Positions 9,926 through 19,193 of a stretch of DNA of 61,491 nucleotides are shown in pieces. The position numbers were made by a program, and so were the translations under genes. Under the pieces are notes generated by a model. That model searched no databases. It saw only the letters and a list, made by a program, of their open reading frames with translations, and was not told where the DNA came from. Every line of letters starts with the position of its first letter. Positions within the stretch are counted from its first letter, which is position 1. Origin of the DNA: a virus (Duplodnaviria > Caudoviricetes); the IMG/VR virus record IMGVR_UViG_3300042934_000313, positions 1 through 61,491 of that record, one strand, 5' to 3'.

Positions 9926-10258
9926 ATGGCAGACGACTACGGATTCGTGAGCCCCCGTTCTGGCGAGGTCGCGCGCATCCTGCTCGGCCTGGCGGAGAAG
10001 CAGGGCCTTGAGCCCTACGTCGTCCGCTCGACCATCGGCGGGTACTACGTGCCCATCGCAGTCGCGAAGGCATACGAAGAGACGCTCGGCACCCCGAAGG
10101 AAGCGCCCGCTGAGGCAGACGAAAAGTCTGACTTTCCGGACGACTCCTGGAAGGTGGCCGACATCAAGGAGTGGGCATCCGCCCATGAGGTCGATCTGGG
10201 TGATGCCACCAAGAAGGCCGATCTGCTCGCCGCGATTCAGGCACACAAGGAGGAATAA
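9926..10258 (+). CDS. Virion-region protein with C-terminal HeH/Rho-N-like motif
   Basis: WKVADIKEWASAHEVDLGDATKKADLLAAI; GGAGGAG RBS. Confidence 0.6.
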   Translation: MADDYGFVSPRSGEVARILLGLAEKQGLEPYVVRSTIGGYYVPIAVAKAYEETLGTPKEAPAEADEKSDFPDDSWKVADIKEWASAHEVDLGDATKKADLLAAIQAHKEE

Positions 10259-11202
10259 TGGCTTCGCACGCGACCAAGTGCCTGTCTCTCGTCAAGGGGC
10301 GGCGCATCCGGGTCACGAGTCTCGACTCGTGTGGGCGTCCCGTCTACGGTGACGACTCGCAGGTGGTCTCGAAGGGCTTCATCAGTGTCGCGTTCACCGC
10401 GAACACCACGGAGTCCGACGAAATCAACGTCACGAACGCGGCCGGTGAAATCTGCGTCTACGAGGCGGCGGTCACGTCCCTCGTCGGCTACGGCATCGAG
10501 GTCCAGTTCTGTGAGGTCGACCCCGAACTCTTCGCCCTCGTCACCGGCCAGCCGGTGGTGCTCGCCGCAGACGGTAGCACCGTCGTCGGCTTCGACGTGG
10601 ACACGAAGATCGGCCTGGAGAACTCGAACTTCGCGCTGGAACTGTGGGCGGGCTCGCCGACTGGTGACGCCTGCGCCACTGGTGCGACCGGCTCCTACGG
10701 CTACCTGCTCCTCCCCTTCCTGACTGGCGGCATCCTCGGTGACTTCACCGTGGAGAACGGCGCGGTCACGTTCACGCTCACGGGCGCGAACACGAAGGAG
10801 GGCAACGCCTGGGGCACCGGCCCGTACAACGTGATGCTCAACAGTGACCCGACTCCGATCGCCGCGCCCATGGCTACGCCGGTTTCGACCAGCACGGCAA
10901 TGCGCACGATGATCGTGGACGTGGCTCCTCCGACCGAGGCGTGCGGTGCTCGTCCGCTCCTGGACCCGAGCCTGCCTGCGCTGACCAGCGTCACCGGCAC
11001 TCCGGGTGCGGCTCTGGAGGTCGACTTCGTGGTGGCCCCCGTCGCTACGAACCCGGTCTGGTACGACTTCGGCGACGGCACGTGGGACTACGTGGCGGCT
11101 CCGGGTGCAACCTCCCACACCTACGCCACCGCTGGCACCTACACGGTGCGCGCATCGCAGAACGGCACGTGGGTCACCACCACCGTCACCGCCTCCGCAT
11201 AA
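10258..11202 (+). CDS. Major tail protein with C-terminal PKD/Ig-like domain
   Basis: RIRVTSLDSCG tail-tube N-terminus; WYDFGDG...HTYATAGTYTV PKD motif. Confidence 0.8.
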   Translation: MASHATKCLSLVKGRRIRVTSLDSCGRPVYGDDSQVVSKGFISVAFTANTTESDEINVTNAAGEICVYEAAVTSLVGYGIEVQFCEVDPELFALVTGQPVVLAADGSTVVGFDVDTKIGLENSNFALELWAGSPTGDACATGATGSYGYLLLPFLTGGILGDFTVENGAVTFTLTGANTKEGNAWGTGPYNVMLNSDPTPIAAPMATPVSTSTAMRTMIVDVAPPTEACGARPLLDPSLPALTSVTGTPGAALEVDFVVAPVATNPVWYDFGDGTWDYVAAPGATSHTYATAGTYTVRASQNGTWVTTTVTASA

Positions 11203-11209
11203 GGAGGTA

Positions 11210-11241
11210 GAGCGGCGGCTCTGTAATCGGAGCCGCCGCTC
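11210..11241 (+). terminator. Hairpin after major tail gene
   Basis: Perfect 12-bp stem GAGCGGCGGCTC/GAGCCGCCGCTC. Confidence 0.6.
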
Positions 11242-11261
11242 AACAAGGAAGGGGCAGTCAA

Positions 11262-11615
11262 ATGGCAGGTCTCACTCAGGCACGACAGCAGGCGATCCTC
11301 GACGGGGAGTTCGTCGCTGGCGACTTCATCGCGTACTCCGCAAACGGCACGTCGGAGACCGCCTCGCTCGCGCGCACTGCCGTCGCCGCGTGGACTTCGG
11401 CCACCGCCGCGAGCCCGTCCGTAAAGACGAACTCCGGTGCGCTGACCAGCGCAGGTGCAACGGCTGGAGTCACGGTCACGCACTACGCGATCTACTCGGC
11501 ATCCACCGCTGGCACGCAGAAGACCGACTGGACCACGCTCGCGGCGTCCAAGGTGCTGGCAATCAACGACACCGTGTCCTGGGCTATCGGCGCTCTCACC
11601 GTCTCGCTCGACTGA
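11262..11615 (+). CDS. Virion structural protein
   Basis: Ala/Thr-rich beta protein (VTHYAIYSASTAG) in the structural module. Confidence 0.6.
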   Translation: MAGLTQARQQAILDGEFVAGDFIAYSANGTSETASLARTAVAAWTSATAASPSVKTNSGALTSAGATAGVTVTHYAIYSASTAGTQKTDWTTLAASKVLAINDTVSWAIGALTVSLD

Positions 11616-11683
11616 TCAACGTGTCCGACAGTGGGCCGGGGGCGACGCGCGCTCCCGGCTCGCAGTGCGTGAGGGGGTGAATC

Positions 11684-13537
11684 GTGGCAATCTCGTATGT
11701 TCGGCAGTCGTCAGGCCAGAACAAGAGTGCGAGCGCGAACATCTCGCTCAGCGCGACGCACACCACCACCGTTGGCGACACGCTGTTCGCCTTCATCGTC
11801 TTCGACAACCTCACTGCGACCACTCCCACCGTCACCAGCATCACGAAGTATGCGGCCGAGCCCAATAACTGGGTCAAGATCGCGGAGTTCGACTCACCGC
11901 AGGCATCAGGTGGAGCCGGGGTTCGCGGTGAACTCTGGCGGCTTGACTCGTCGTTCTCTATCTCCGTCAACTACCAGGCCACTCTCTCTGCGGTGGTGTC
12001 CGCAAAGGTCATGGTCGTGCTGGAGTTCGACGAGGTTGGGGTGATCCAGGATGTCCAGGCTGGTTCCGGCACGGCTGGGATCGGTTTCGCCGCCTGGGAT
12101 GCGGGCACGCTGTTCATGCACTTTGCCGGGACAGAAGACAACGGCGGGATCGACTCGCTCACACCAGTAGCCGACGCGAGCAACCCGATCAGTAGCATCC
12201 AGAGCCACATGACCAGCGGTGGCGGTGCGGCGAGCAATGCCGCTATCTCGTGGAACTGGGGCATCGCGACCTCTGCTGGCGGCGGGGGCAGTAATGCCAG
12301 CGCCAACGTCTCCGATGGTGGGCACCTGTACGCCACCTTCCTGCCCGCGGCCACCGGTCCGACCAACTACCCGGTATCTGGCACCACCGCGATCACGAGC
12401 GCCAGTACGGGTAACGTTCGCCTGCGGACGGGAGTCTCGGGATCGACGCCGATCGTATCCGGCACCACTGGCGCACCGGGCAAGGATCAGCCCGTCAGTG
12501 GTGCGGTGGTCATCTCGTCGAGCACCACGGGTGCACCGTCTCGGAACGCCCCGGTGTCGGGGGTCACCAGCATCGCCTCCGCGACCACGGGTGCTACAGC
12601 CCTGCGGGCGGCGCTCGCTTCGTCCGTGCCCATCGTCAGCGGCACGACCGGTGCCGTCTCCTCGAAGCGGGGCGTCTCGGGCACCACGCTCATCACGAGC
12701 GGCACTACGGGGGCGATCCGCCTTCGGGCTACTGCCGCTGGCGCTACCGCAATCGTCTCTACGACGACCGGTGCGGTCGACTCGGCTTCGGGGGCGGTAG
12801 ACCATCCCGTATCCGGGGCCGTCGTCATCTCGTCCGCCACCACGGGCGCGGCGGGGCTTCGCGCGGCTCTCGCTACACCGACGCCCATCGTGTCCGCGAC
12901 GACCGGCACTGTCGTCCTGCGCGCCCCCGTATCCGGCTCGACCGTGGTCCAGTCTGCGACCGCTGGCACTGCACGCCTGCGGGCAACAGTCTCCGGCGCG
13001 ACGCCCATCTCGTCCGGGTCAACTGGCGCGATGCGCCTGACCGCCTCCGTATCGGGTTCCACGGTCATCGTATTCGGCACGACGGGGAGTCCTCTCTCGC
13101 CCGGCTCCCTGGGTGGGAATGTCCAGATCGTGAGCGGCACGACCGGTGCCGTCACGGTGAACCAGCGAGTCTCGGGCTTGGTCGCGATCGTCTCCACGAC
13201 CACAGGAAGCCCTCGCCTTCGCGCGCCCATCTCTGGGGCGACTTCGATCCTGAGTGCCACGGCCGGTGCAGTGCGTGCACGGCTCGGGGTGTCCGGGCAG
13301 ACGGTGATCGTGAGCGAGGCCGCGGGCTACGTAAGCGCGCGCAGTTCTGTCTCGGGCACAGTCATCATCGTTTCCGACACGACCGGCGTGCTCGTGGAAG
13401 AAGGTGGCTTCCTGCACGGCGGCAACATCACCCTGACCCCCTCTGCTCCCACGATCGGCCTGCTCGGATCGTCGAAGTACGCGGGGCGTCAGTTGTCGGC
13501 ATCCGCGGTAAGCCTCACACTGAGGGGTGAGTCGTGA
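11684..13537 (+). CDS. Repeat-rich fibre/decoration protein
   Basis: About 17 copies of a 20-aa VSGxTxIxSxTTG repeat. Confidence 0.7.
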   Translation: MAISYVRQSSGQNKSASANISLSATHTTTVGDTLFAFIVFDNLTATTPTVTSITKYAAEPNNWVKIAEFDSPQASGGAGVRGELWRLDSSFSISVNYQATLSAVVSAKVMVVLEFDEVGVIQDVQAGSGTAGIGFAAWDAGTLFMHFAGTEDNGGIDSLTPVADASNPISSIQSHMTSGGGAASNAAISWNWGIATSAGGGGSNASANVSDGGHLYATFLPAATGPTNYPVSGTTAITSASTGNVRLRTGVSGSTPIVSGTTGAPGKDQPVSGAVVISSSTTGAPSRNAPVSGVTSIASATTGATALRAALASSVPIVSGTTGAVSSKRGVSGTTLITSGTTGAIRLRATAAGATAIVSTTTGAVDSASGAVDHPVSGAVVISSATTGAAGLRAALATPTPIVSATTGTVVLRAPVSGSTVVQSATAGTARLRATVSGATPISSGSTGAMRLTASVSGSTVIVFGTTGSPLSPGSLGGNVQIVSGTTGAVTVNQRVSGLVAIVSTTTGSPRLRAPISGATSILSATAGAVRARLGVSGQTVIVSEAAGYVSARSSVSGTVIIVSDTTGVLVEEGGFLHGGNITLTPSAPTIGLLGSSKYAGRQLSASAVSLTLRGES

Positions 13538-13562
13538 TGATCGTGACGCCTAGGAGGAACTC

Positions 13563-13859
13563 GTGACCTGGCCCGTACTGACCGTGAAGACTGGGGACCA
13601 GTACCCCACGACATGGCACGTCCCGCTGAACCTCACCGGGTCGACCGTTCGGCTGATCGCGAAGAAGCCGGGTTTCCCTGCCGTGGTCCTGCCGACGACC
13701 ATCGTCGATCCGGCGAACGGCGTGGTCGAGCATGTGCTCACCGGAACCCTCGCGGTGGGAAACTACCTTGTAGAGATGGAGGTCACCAACGGGACCACCG
13801 TCGTGACCGCCCCGACTGATTCCTACGAGAATCTCATCGTCATCCCGGACCTGGACTGA
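13563..13859 (+). CDS. Structural protein (BppU N-terminal-like)
   Basis: VKTGD...LNLTGSTVRL...GNYLVEMEVT pattern. Confidence 0.5.
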   Translation: MTWPVLTVKTGDQYPTTWHVPLNLTGSTVRLIAKKPGFPAVVLPTTIVDPANGVVEHVLTGTLAVGNYLVEMEVTNGTTVVTAPTDSYENLIVIPDLD

Positions 13860-13866
13860 GGACAAC

Positions 13867-14658
13867 ATGGCAACCGACATCTGCTACCCGACTGGGACGG
13901 ACTGGGGATGCGCGTACGACGAGACGGAAATCGAGGCTCTGGTCCCGGCAACGAAGGAGCGCTCCGAGGCTCTCGCCTGGTCTACTCTGTCGGCCCTGAC
14001 GGGGTATCGCGTTTCCCTGTGCCCGGTCGTCATTCGGCCCTGCGCCCTGCGGTGCGGGAGCCGCACCTGGGACACGGCTCCGGTATCCGACTCCGGCTCC
14101 TACTCGCCCTACATCTCTGGCGGGTCCTGGTACAACGCGTGCGGGTGCACCGCACCGCAGGACTGTTCCTGCTCGTTTACATCCGAAGTGCTCTTGCCTA
14201 CGGAGGTCGGTCGAGTCGTCAGCGTCTCTCTGGACGGCGTGCCCCTCGCGGCGGCGGACTACCGCGTGGACAACGGCAACCGCCTGGTCCGCACTGACGG
14301 TGAGACCTGGCCGCTGTGCCAGGACATGAACGATGGGCCGGATGCCGTGGGCTCGTTCACTGTCTCGTACTACACGGGCGTCGCGCCGAACGATCTGCTT
14401 CGCTACGCCGCTGGCGTCCTGGCGACCGAGTTCTACAAGGCGTGCAGTGGCGGGAAGTGCCGCCTGCCCTCGGGCGTGACGAGCGTCACCCGCAGTGGCA
14501 TCAGCATGGAGGTCCCTTCGGGCCTCTTCCCCGGTGGTGCCACCGGCATCCACGAGGTCGATGCCGTCATCCGCATCTACAACCCCTACTCGCTCAAGTC
14601 CCCCGCCAGGGTCATGAGCCCGGACGTGACGCGCGGACGCATCCAGACGGGAGCCTGA
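13867..14658 (+). CDS. Head-to-tail adaptor
   Basis: Cys-rich; AAGVLATEF.KAC...CRLP..VTSVTRSGIS motif; synteny. Confidence 0.7.
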   Translation: MATDICYPTGTDWGCAYDETEIEALVPATKERSEALAWSTLSALTGYRVSLCPVVIRPCALRCGSRTWDTAPVSDSGSYSPYISGGSWYNACGCTAPQDCSCSFTSEVLLPTEVGRVVSVSLDGVPLAAADYRVDNGNRLVRTDGETWPLCQDMNDGPDAVGSFTVSYYTGVAPNDLLRYAAGVLATEFYKACSGGKCRLPSGVTSVTRSGISMEVPSGLFPGGATGIHEVDAVIRIYNPYSLKSPARVMSPDVTRGRIQTGA

Positions 14659-14659
14659 C

Positions 14660-15193
14660 ATGTCGACTCTCCGTGAGGACACGGGCATCTACCCGCTCCT
14701 CGTCGAACTCGCCGCCTGCCTCTGCACCGAGATGCACGCTTCTGGTGGACCGGAACTCTGCTACTGCGGCCCGGTGGCGGGCGAGGTCGTGCTCGACTAT
14801 TGCGGCGGTGACGCCTGTGACAGCAATGGCTGTGGTGGGCAGGCGTGGGTTCGGTTCGTCGACGCCTACCCCTCTGGCGCTTTCCCTTCGCCCGACAACA
14901 CTCTCGCGAACTGCAAGACCCCCATGGCCTACACGGTCGAGGTTGGTGTCGCACGATGCCTTCCGGGTGGCTCGGCTAACGGGGCAACGGGCTACACGCC
15001 GCCCACCATGAGCGAGCAGTTGGAGGCCATGCGCATCCAGACGGCCGACGTGGCGGCGATGCGTCGTGCGATCCAGTGCTGCTTCGGCGCATCGGATCGG
15101 GACTACGTGCTCGGCATCTATGACCAGACCCTCGTGAATGGCGGCGGGTGCCTGGGCGGGACATTCCGCATCATCGTCTGGGAGACCTTCTAA
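14660..15193 (+). CDS. Tail terminator/neck protein
   Basis: Synteny; GQAWVR, EVGVARC and GGCLGG motifs. Confidence 0.55.
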   Translation: MSTLREDTGIYPLLVELAACLCTEMHASGGPELCYCGPVAGEVVLDYCGGDACDSNGCGGQAWVRFVDAYPSGAFPSPDNTLANCKTPMAYTVEVGVARCLPGGSANGATGYTPPTMSEQLEAMRIQTADVAAMRRAIQCCFGASDRDYVLGIYDQTLVNGGGCLGGTFRIIVWETF

Positions 15194-15690
15194 TGGCCAA
15201 CCTCCGCTTCTGCCCCGGATGCCGAGGCGGAGGTTTCACGCGTACCCAGGTGCACTACAACCGCATCATGGAAGCCTTCACGAACAACGGCATCTTCGGT
15301 CCCGACATCCTGACGCTTGCCCGCGAGGTCGAGCAGGAGGCCGTGAAGGAAGCGCCGAAGCGCACCGGTCGAATGGCGAAGAACCACTACCGGTCCGTTC
15401 CGCCTCCGCGCGGGTACGAGCGGTGGTTCTTTGTGGGCAACCGTGCCGGTTACGCCCGCTTCGTGCGTGGTGGCACCGCCGAGAATGGCGCGGGATACAT
15501 CACCGGCAACGAGGGTGGTCTGTACAACGGCGTCATGCTCATGCGTCCTGCACCGTACTCCTACTTCGGCGTCGACGACACGCGTCGCTTCCAGAGGCAG
15601 GTGAAGGGCCAGAAGGCGAACGACTGGCTGGGTCGTGCATTGAAGGCAGTGGTCGTCCGCAGGATCAATGCAGGGGCGAGGCGGCGGTGA
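15193..15690 (+). CDS. HK97 gp10-like tail completion protein
   Basis: APKRTGRM...YARFV.GGT...VKGQKANDWL.RAL. Confidence 0.6.
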   Translation: MANLRFCPGCRGGGFTRTQVHYNRIMEAFTNNGIFGPDILTLAREVEQEAVKEAPKRTGRMAKNHYRSVPPPRGYERWFFVGNRAGYARFVRGGTAENGAGYITGNEGGLYNGVMLMRPAPYSYFGVDDTRRFQRQVKGQKANDWLGRALKAVVVRRINAGARRR

Positions 15691-15768
15691 TGTACCACAG
15701 AAAGTCGGACTTTCCGCGTACTATCTCCATGAGCGCGTCCGTAGGACGCCCCGACTATGGAGGTATCC

Positions 15769-16239
15769 ATGCCCACTGCCAACCGCACCTTCCGCCGCGC
15801 AGTCGCGAAGCAGAAGGTCACCCGTCCCACCGTCCGCTTCGGGATCGAACGCCTGGACGACGACGGGGAAGTTCTCTCGACGGACTGGTTCAACGCCACG
15901 ATGCCGACCGACGAGAACATGTTCCTGATCGCCGCGCTGATCGGCGACGAGGACAACGAGGCAGGTGCGGCTACGGCCCTGCTCGAACTCTTGAAGGACT
16001 CCCTCCCGGCCGAGGAGTACCGTCTCTTCCGGAAGCGCCTGCGCGACCCGAAGGACGAGGATGTGACCATGGAGACCGTCGAGGATGTCGTCGAGGAACT
16101 CATGAAGGAGTGGTCCGCTTTTCCTACCGGGCAGTCTGCGGCCTCATCTACCTCGCAGACCACTTCTGGGCCGAAATCGACGGGGCGTGTGCGCGGCGAG
16201 GGGTCGACCCGCTCAGCCTCGGCTTCGACCGGTTCCTGA
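15769..16239 (+). CDS. Tail assembly chaperone (G)
   Basis: GGAGG RBS; directly upstream of the tape measure; overlapping -1 frame ORF. Confidence 0.75.
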   Translation: MPTANRTFRRAVAKQKVTRPTVRFGIERLDDDGEVLSTDWFNATMPTDENMFLIAALIGDEDNEAGAATALLELLKDSLPAEEYRLFRKRLRDPKDEDVTMETVEDVVEELMKEWSAFPTGQSAASSTSQTTSGPKSTGRVRGEGSTRSASASTGS

Positions 16240-16436
16240 ACCTCATCTACTCGTGGGCGTGCGAGCGCGTCCAGCACGACGAGAACGGACGGGCCGAACT
16301 CGACGAGGCCCTGTTCAGTACCGAAGAGAGAGATAGGCGGCGCGGGCTCCGAGGCGATAACGTGTCTCAGGAGGTCGTCGATGAAGAGTGGGCACTCTTC
16401 AACGCACTCTCCACCATGAAGACGGAAGTGGGGTGA
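16117..16436 (+). CDS. Tail assembly chaperone frameshift extension (GT), -1 frame
   Basis: Open -1 frame (FSYRAVCGLIY...LSTMKTEVG) ending 3 nt before the TMP; candidate slip at GCT TTT C, 16117-16123. Confidence 0.6.
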
Positions 16437-16439
16437 CGC

Positions 16440-19193
16440 GTGGCTGTCGTCTGGGGTGAAGCGGAGGTTGTCCTCCACACTGACGGGCGGGCTCTTCCTG
16501 GCGAGGTCGCGGCGGCTACCGATGCCGCCGCTCAGGCTGGCGCGGCGCGCTTCGAGAAGGTCTTCAAGAAGGAGATGCGGGCCGCGATCCGCAACTCGAT
16601 CAAGGACATCGGGCGCAACCTCGGCGATCTTGTCGCGACCCTCCTGCTGTCCAGTGGTGCGATGCGTCGTCTGTACGAGGCGACAGTCAATGTGCGCCGG
16701 GGGTTCCGCTCGCTCGGCTCCGCGGTCCGGACCTTCTCGGGCAACACGCTCCGCAAGGTGACGGACGGCTTCAAGGAGTTCGGCTCCGCGGTCCGGATCG
16801 ATGCGGTCCGGACCATGACCATGCTCCGCGAGGGATCGTCCCATCTCAAGATCAGCCTCGACGACCTCCAGCAGACGTTTCCTGGCCTGACTCGCGGCGT
16901 ACGGGCAGTCGGCAATGGCTTCCGGTACGTCCGCGATCAGGCTGTGGATTTCGGCACGTCGCTTCGCGAGGACTCGATCAAGACGATGGACTCGCTCCGC
17001 GAGGGTGCATCGCACTTGAAGATCAGCCTCGACGATCTGCGCGAGACCTTCCCCGGGCTCACTCGCGTGGTTCGCGGTTCCCGTACCGCACTGGCTCGCG
17101 TCCGGGAGGAAGTCAAGGCGCTCGGCCCGGACATGGACTTCGTGCGCCCGGCCACCGAGCGCCTGCGTGAGTCTTTCCGGAATCTTGGCGAGACGATCCG
17201 CGGAAGCCGGTACGTCCTCGGACTGTGGAGGACCGAGCAGAAGAACTACGTGGATGGGGCGGAGGAGTCTGCCGAGGCCACCGACAAGAACGAGACCTCC
17301 CAGCGTCGCCTGGGCCGCACGGTCAGCAAGGGTGTCGGCGGCATCCGGAAGTACCTTGCCTCGTGGAAGAGCCTGCCTCACGGCTTCCGCCAGGCTGTCT
17401 TCTGGACCGGCCTCGTCATCGCGGGCATGGGCTCGCTTTCGGTGCTGACCTCGGCGCTGTCGGGCACGATCGTCGCGCTGGTGGCGCAGTTGGGTGCACT
17501 GACTGCGGGCATCGGCTTCGCGGTCGCCGGTTTCGCTGGCCTCTACGCCGAGGGCACCCGGCTGACCGAGGGGGCGCAGGCGTCGAAGGATGCCTTCTCT
17601 GCTCTCGGCGACGCCTTCAAGCAGGTGCGCGAGGACATCACGAACAACATGTTCGGCGGCATGGCCGACTCGATCAGCAACATCACGAACACCCTCCTTC
17701 CGGCGCTGGAGGGCAACATCGCGACGTTCGCGCAGACCACGGGTGAGAGCCTCGGCCGCATCTTCGACGCGCTCTCCTCGCCCGCTGGTGTCGAGAACTT
17801 CAAGGCTCTGCTCGACGGATTCAGCCCGATCCTGGAGAGCCTGACCACGGCGGCGATCACCTTCGGCGACGCCATCGCCGACATCCTCGTCGCATCCCTG
17901 CCGACTGCCCAGTTGTTCGCGGACGCCATTGCCGACGTGGGCACGCAGTTCTCCACCTGGACCTCCAGCGAGGAGGGGCGCGCGCGGCTGGCCGAGTTCT
18001 TCGCGACGGCTGAGCGGATCATGCCCAAGGTTGTCGAACTCGTCGTTGCATTTGCCGACGCTCTCGCTGGGCTCGTGACGCCCACGACCATCTCGGGCTT
18101 CGAGACCTTCATCACGTCGCTGACCAACTTCATGCCGGTCCTCGGCCAGATCGTCGGCGTCGTCGCCAACCTCAATGTCTTCGGCATCCTGGCCGCGGCG
18201 CTGGAGTTGATCGGAGCACTGCTCGCCCCGATCGTTCCGGTGCTGGCTGAGTTCGCCAGGATTCTCGGCGAGGTCCTGATCGCAGGGCTCCAGACGCTCA
18301 TCCCCGAGTTCACGAAGTTGGGGGAGGCACTTGCACCCGTCATCCAGTTCGTCGGCGAACTCGTCATCGCGGCCCTGCCGCCGCTCATCGACATCATCGG
18401 CTCGCTCATCGAGAACATCGCCGCCTGGATCGAGATGTTCTCGGCGCTGGCCGAGGCTCTGCTCGGCGGCGAGGAGGGCGTGAAGGCATTCGGCGACGTG
18501 GTGACGAACATCTTCGGGATCATCGGTGGCGTCATCACCTTCACGACCGAGGTCATCACGGGCGTCCTCAAGGCTGTCGTCGCGCTTCTCAAGGGCGACA
18601 CGGCCGGGGCATTCAAGTTCCTGGAGGAAGGCGTACGGAACGCGTTCGAGGGTATCGGCATCGACTTCGACGACTTCATCCAGTGGTGCCTCGACCTGTG
18701 GAACAACGTGTCGAAGTTCTTCGGCAAGATCGGGGACGCGATCAGCGACTTCGGAGACACCGTGGCTGACGTGTTCGGCGCTGTCGGCGACTGGATCAGT
18801 GATGCGATCGGCTGGTTCGGCTCCCTCTTCGGTGCGGCCAACAAGGCATCCGGCGCGGCATCCAGCGCTCGCGCATCGGCTGGTGGCGGTGGAGGCTCCC
18901 GCCCCATGGCGACCGGTGGCCTGCTCACCCACGCGACCCGCATCCTCGCAGGCGAGGCTGGCCCCGAGGCGATCGTCCCGCTCCGTCGCTCGCTGAACAT
19001 GGTGGACCCCTCCGTGCGCTGGCTGTCGGCTATCGCGCAGGGCAAGGACCCGGCATTCGCTGGCGGCGGCGTCGTCGGTGGCGGGAAGAGTGTCACCATT
19101 GAGGCGGGTGCCATTCAGATCGTCGGCAACCAGGACCCGGCGCGCACGTCGCTCTCGGTCCTCAACCGTCTCGCAGAGAGGATTGCTGGCTGA
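16440..19193 (+). CDS. Tape measure protein
   Basis: 917 aa amphipathic helical protein; C-terminal MATGG...GEAGPEAIVPL motif. Confidence 0.9.
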   Translation: MAVVWGEAEVVLHTDGRALPGEVAAATDAAAQAGAARFEKVFKKEMRAAIRNSIKDIGRNLGDLVATLLLSSGAMRRLYEATVNVRRGFRSLGSAVRTFSGNTLRKVTDGFKEFGSAVRIDAVRTMTMLREGSSHLKISLDDLQQTFPGLTRGVRAVGNGFRYVRDQAVDFGTSLREDSIKTMDSLREGASHLKISLDDLRETFPGLTRVVRGSRTALARVREEVKALGPDMDFVRPATERLRESFRNLGETIRGSRYVLGLWRTEQKNYVDGAEESAEATDKNETSQRRLGRTVSKGVGGIRKYLASWKSLPHGFRQAVFWTGLVIAGMGSLSVLTSALSGTIVALVAQLGALTAGIGFAVAGFAGLYAEGTRLTEGAQASKDAFSALGDAFKQVREDITNNMFGGMADSISNITNTLLPALEGNIATFAQTTGESLGRIFDALSSPAGVENFKALLDGFSPILESLTTAAITFGDAIADILVASLPTAQLFADAIADVGTQFSTWTSSEEGRARLAEFFATAERIMPKVVELVVAFADALAGLVTPTTISGFETFITSLTNFMPVLGQIVGVVANLNVFGILAAALELIGALLAPIVPVLAEFARILGEVLIAGLQTLIPEFTKLGEALAPVIQFVGELVIAALPPLIDIIGSLIENIAAWIEMFSALAEALLGGEEGVKAFGDVVTNIFGIIGGVITFTTEVITGVLKAVVALLKGDTAGAFKFLEEGVRNAFEGIGIDFDDFIQWCLDLWNNVSKFFGKIGDAISDFGDTVADVFGAVGDWISDAIGWFGSLFGAANKASGAASSARASAGGGGGSRPMATGGLLTHATRILAGEAGPEAIVPLRRSLNMVDPSVRWLSAIAQGKDPAFAGGGVVGGGKSVTIEAGAIQIVGNQDPARTSLSVLNRLAERIAG

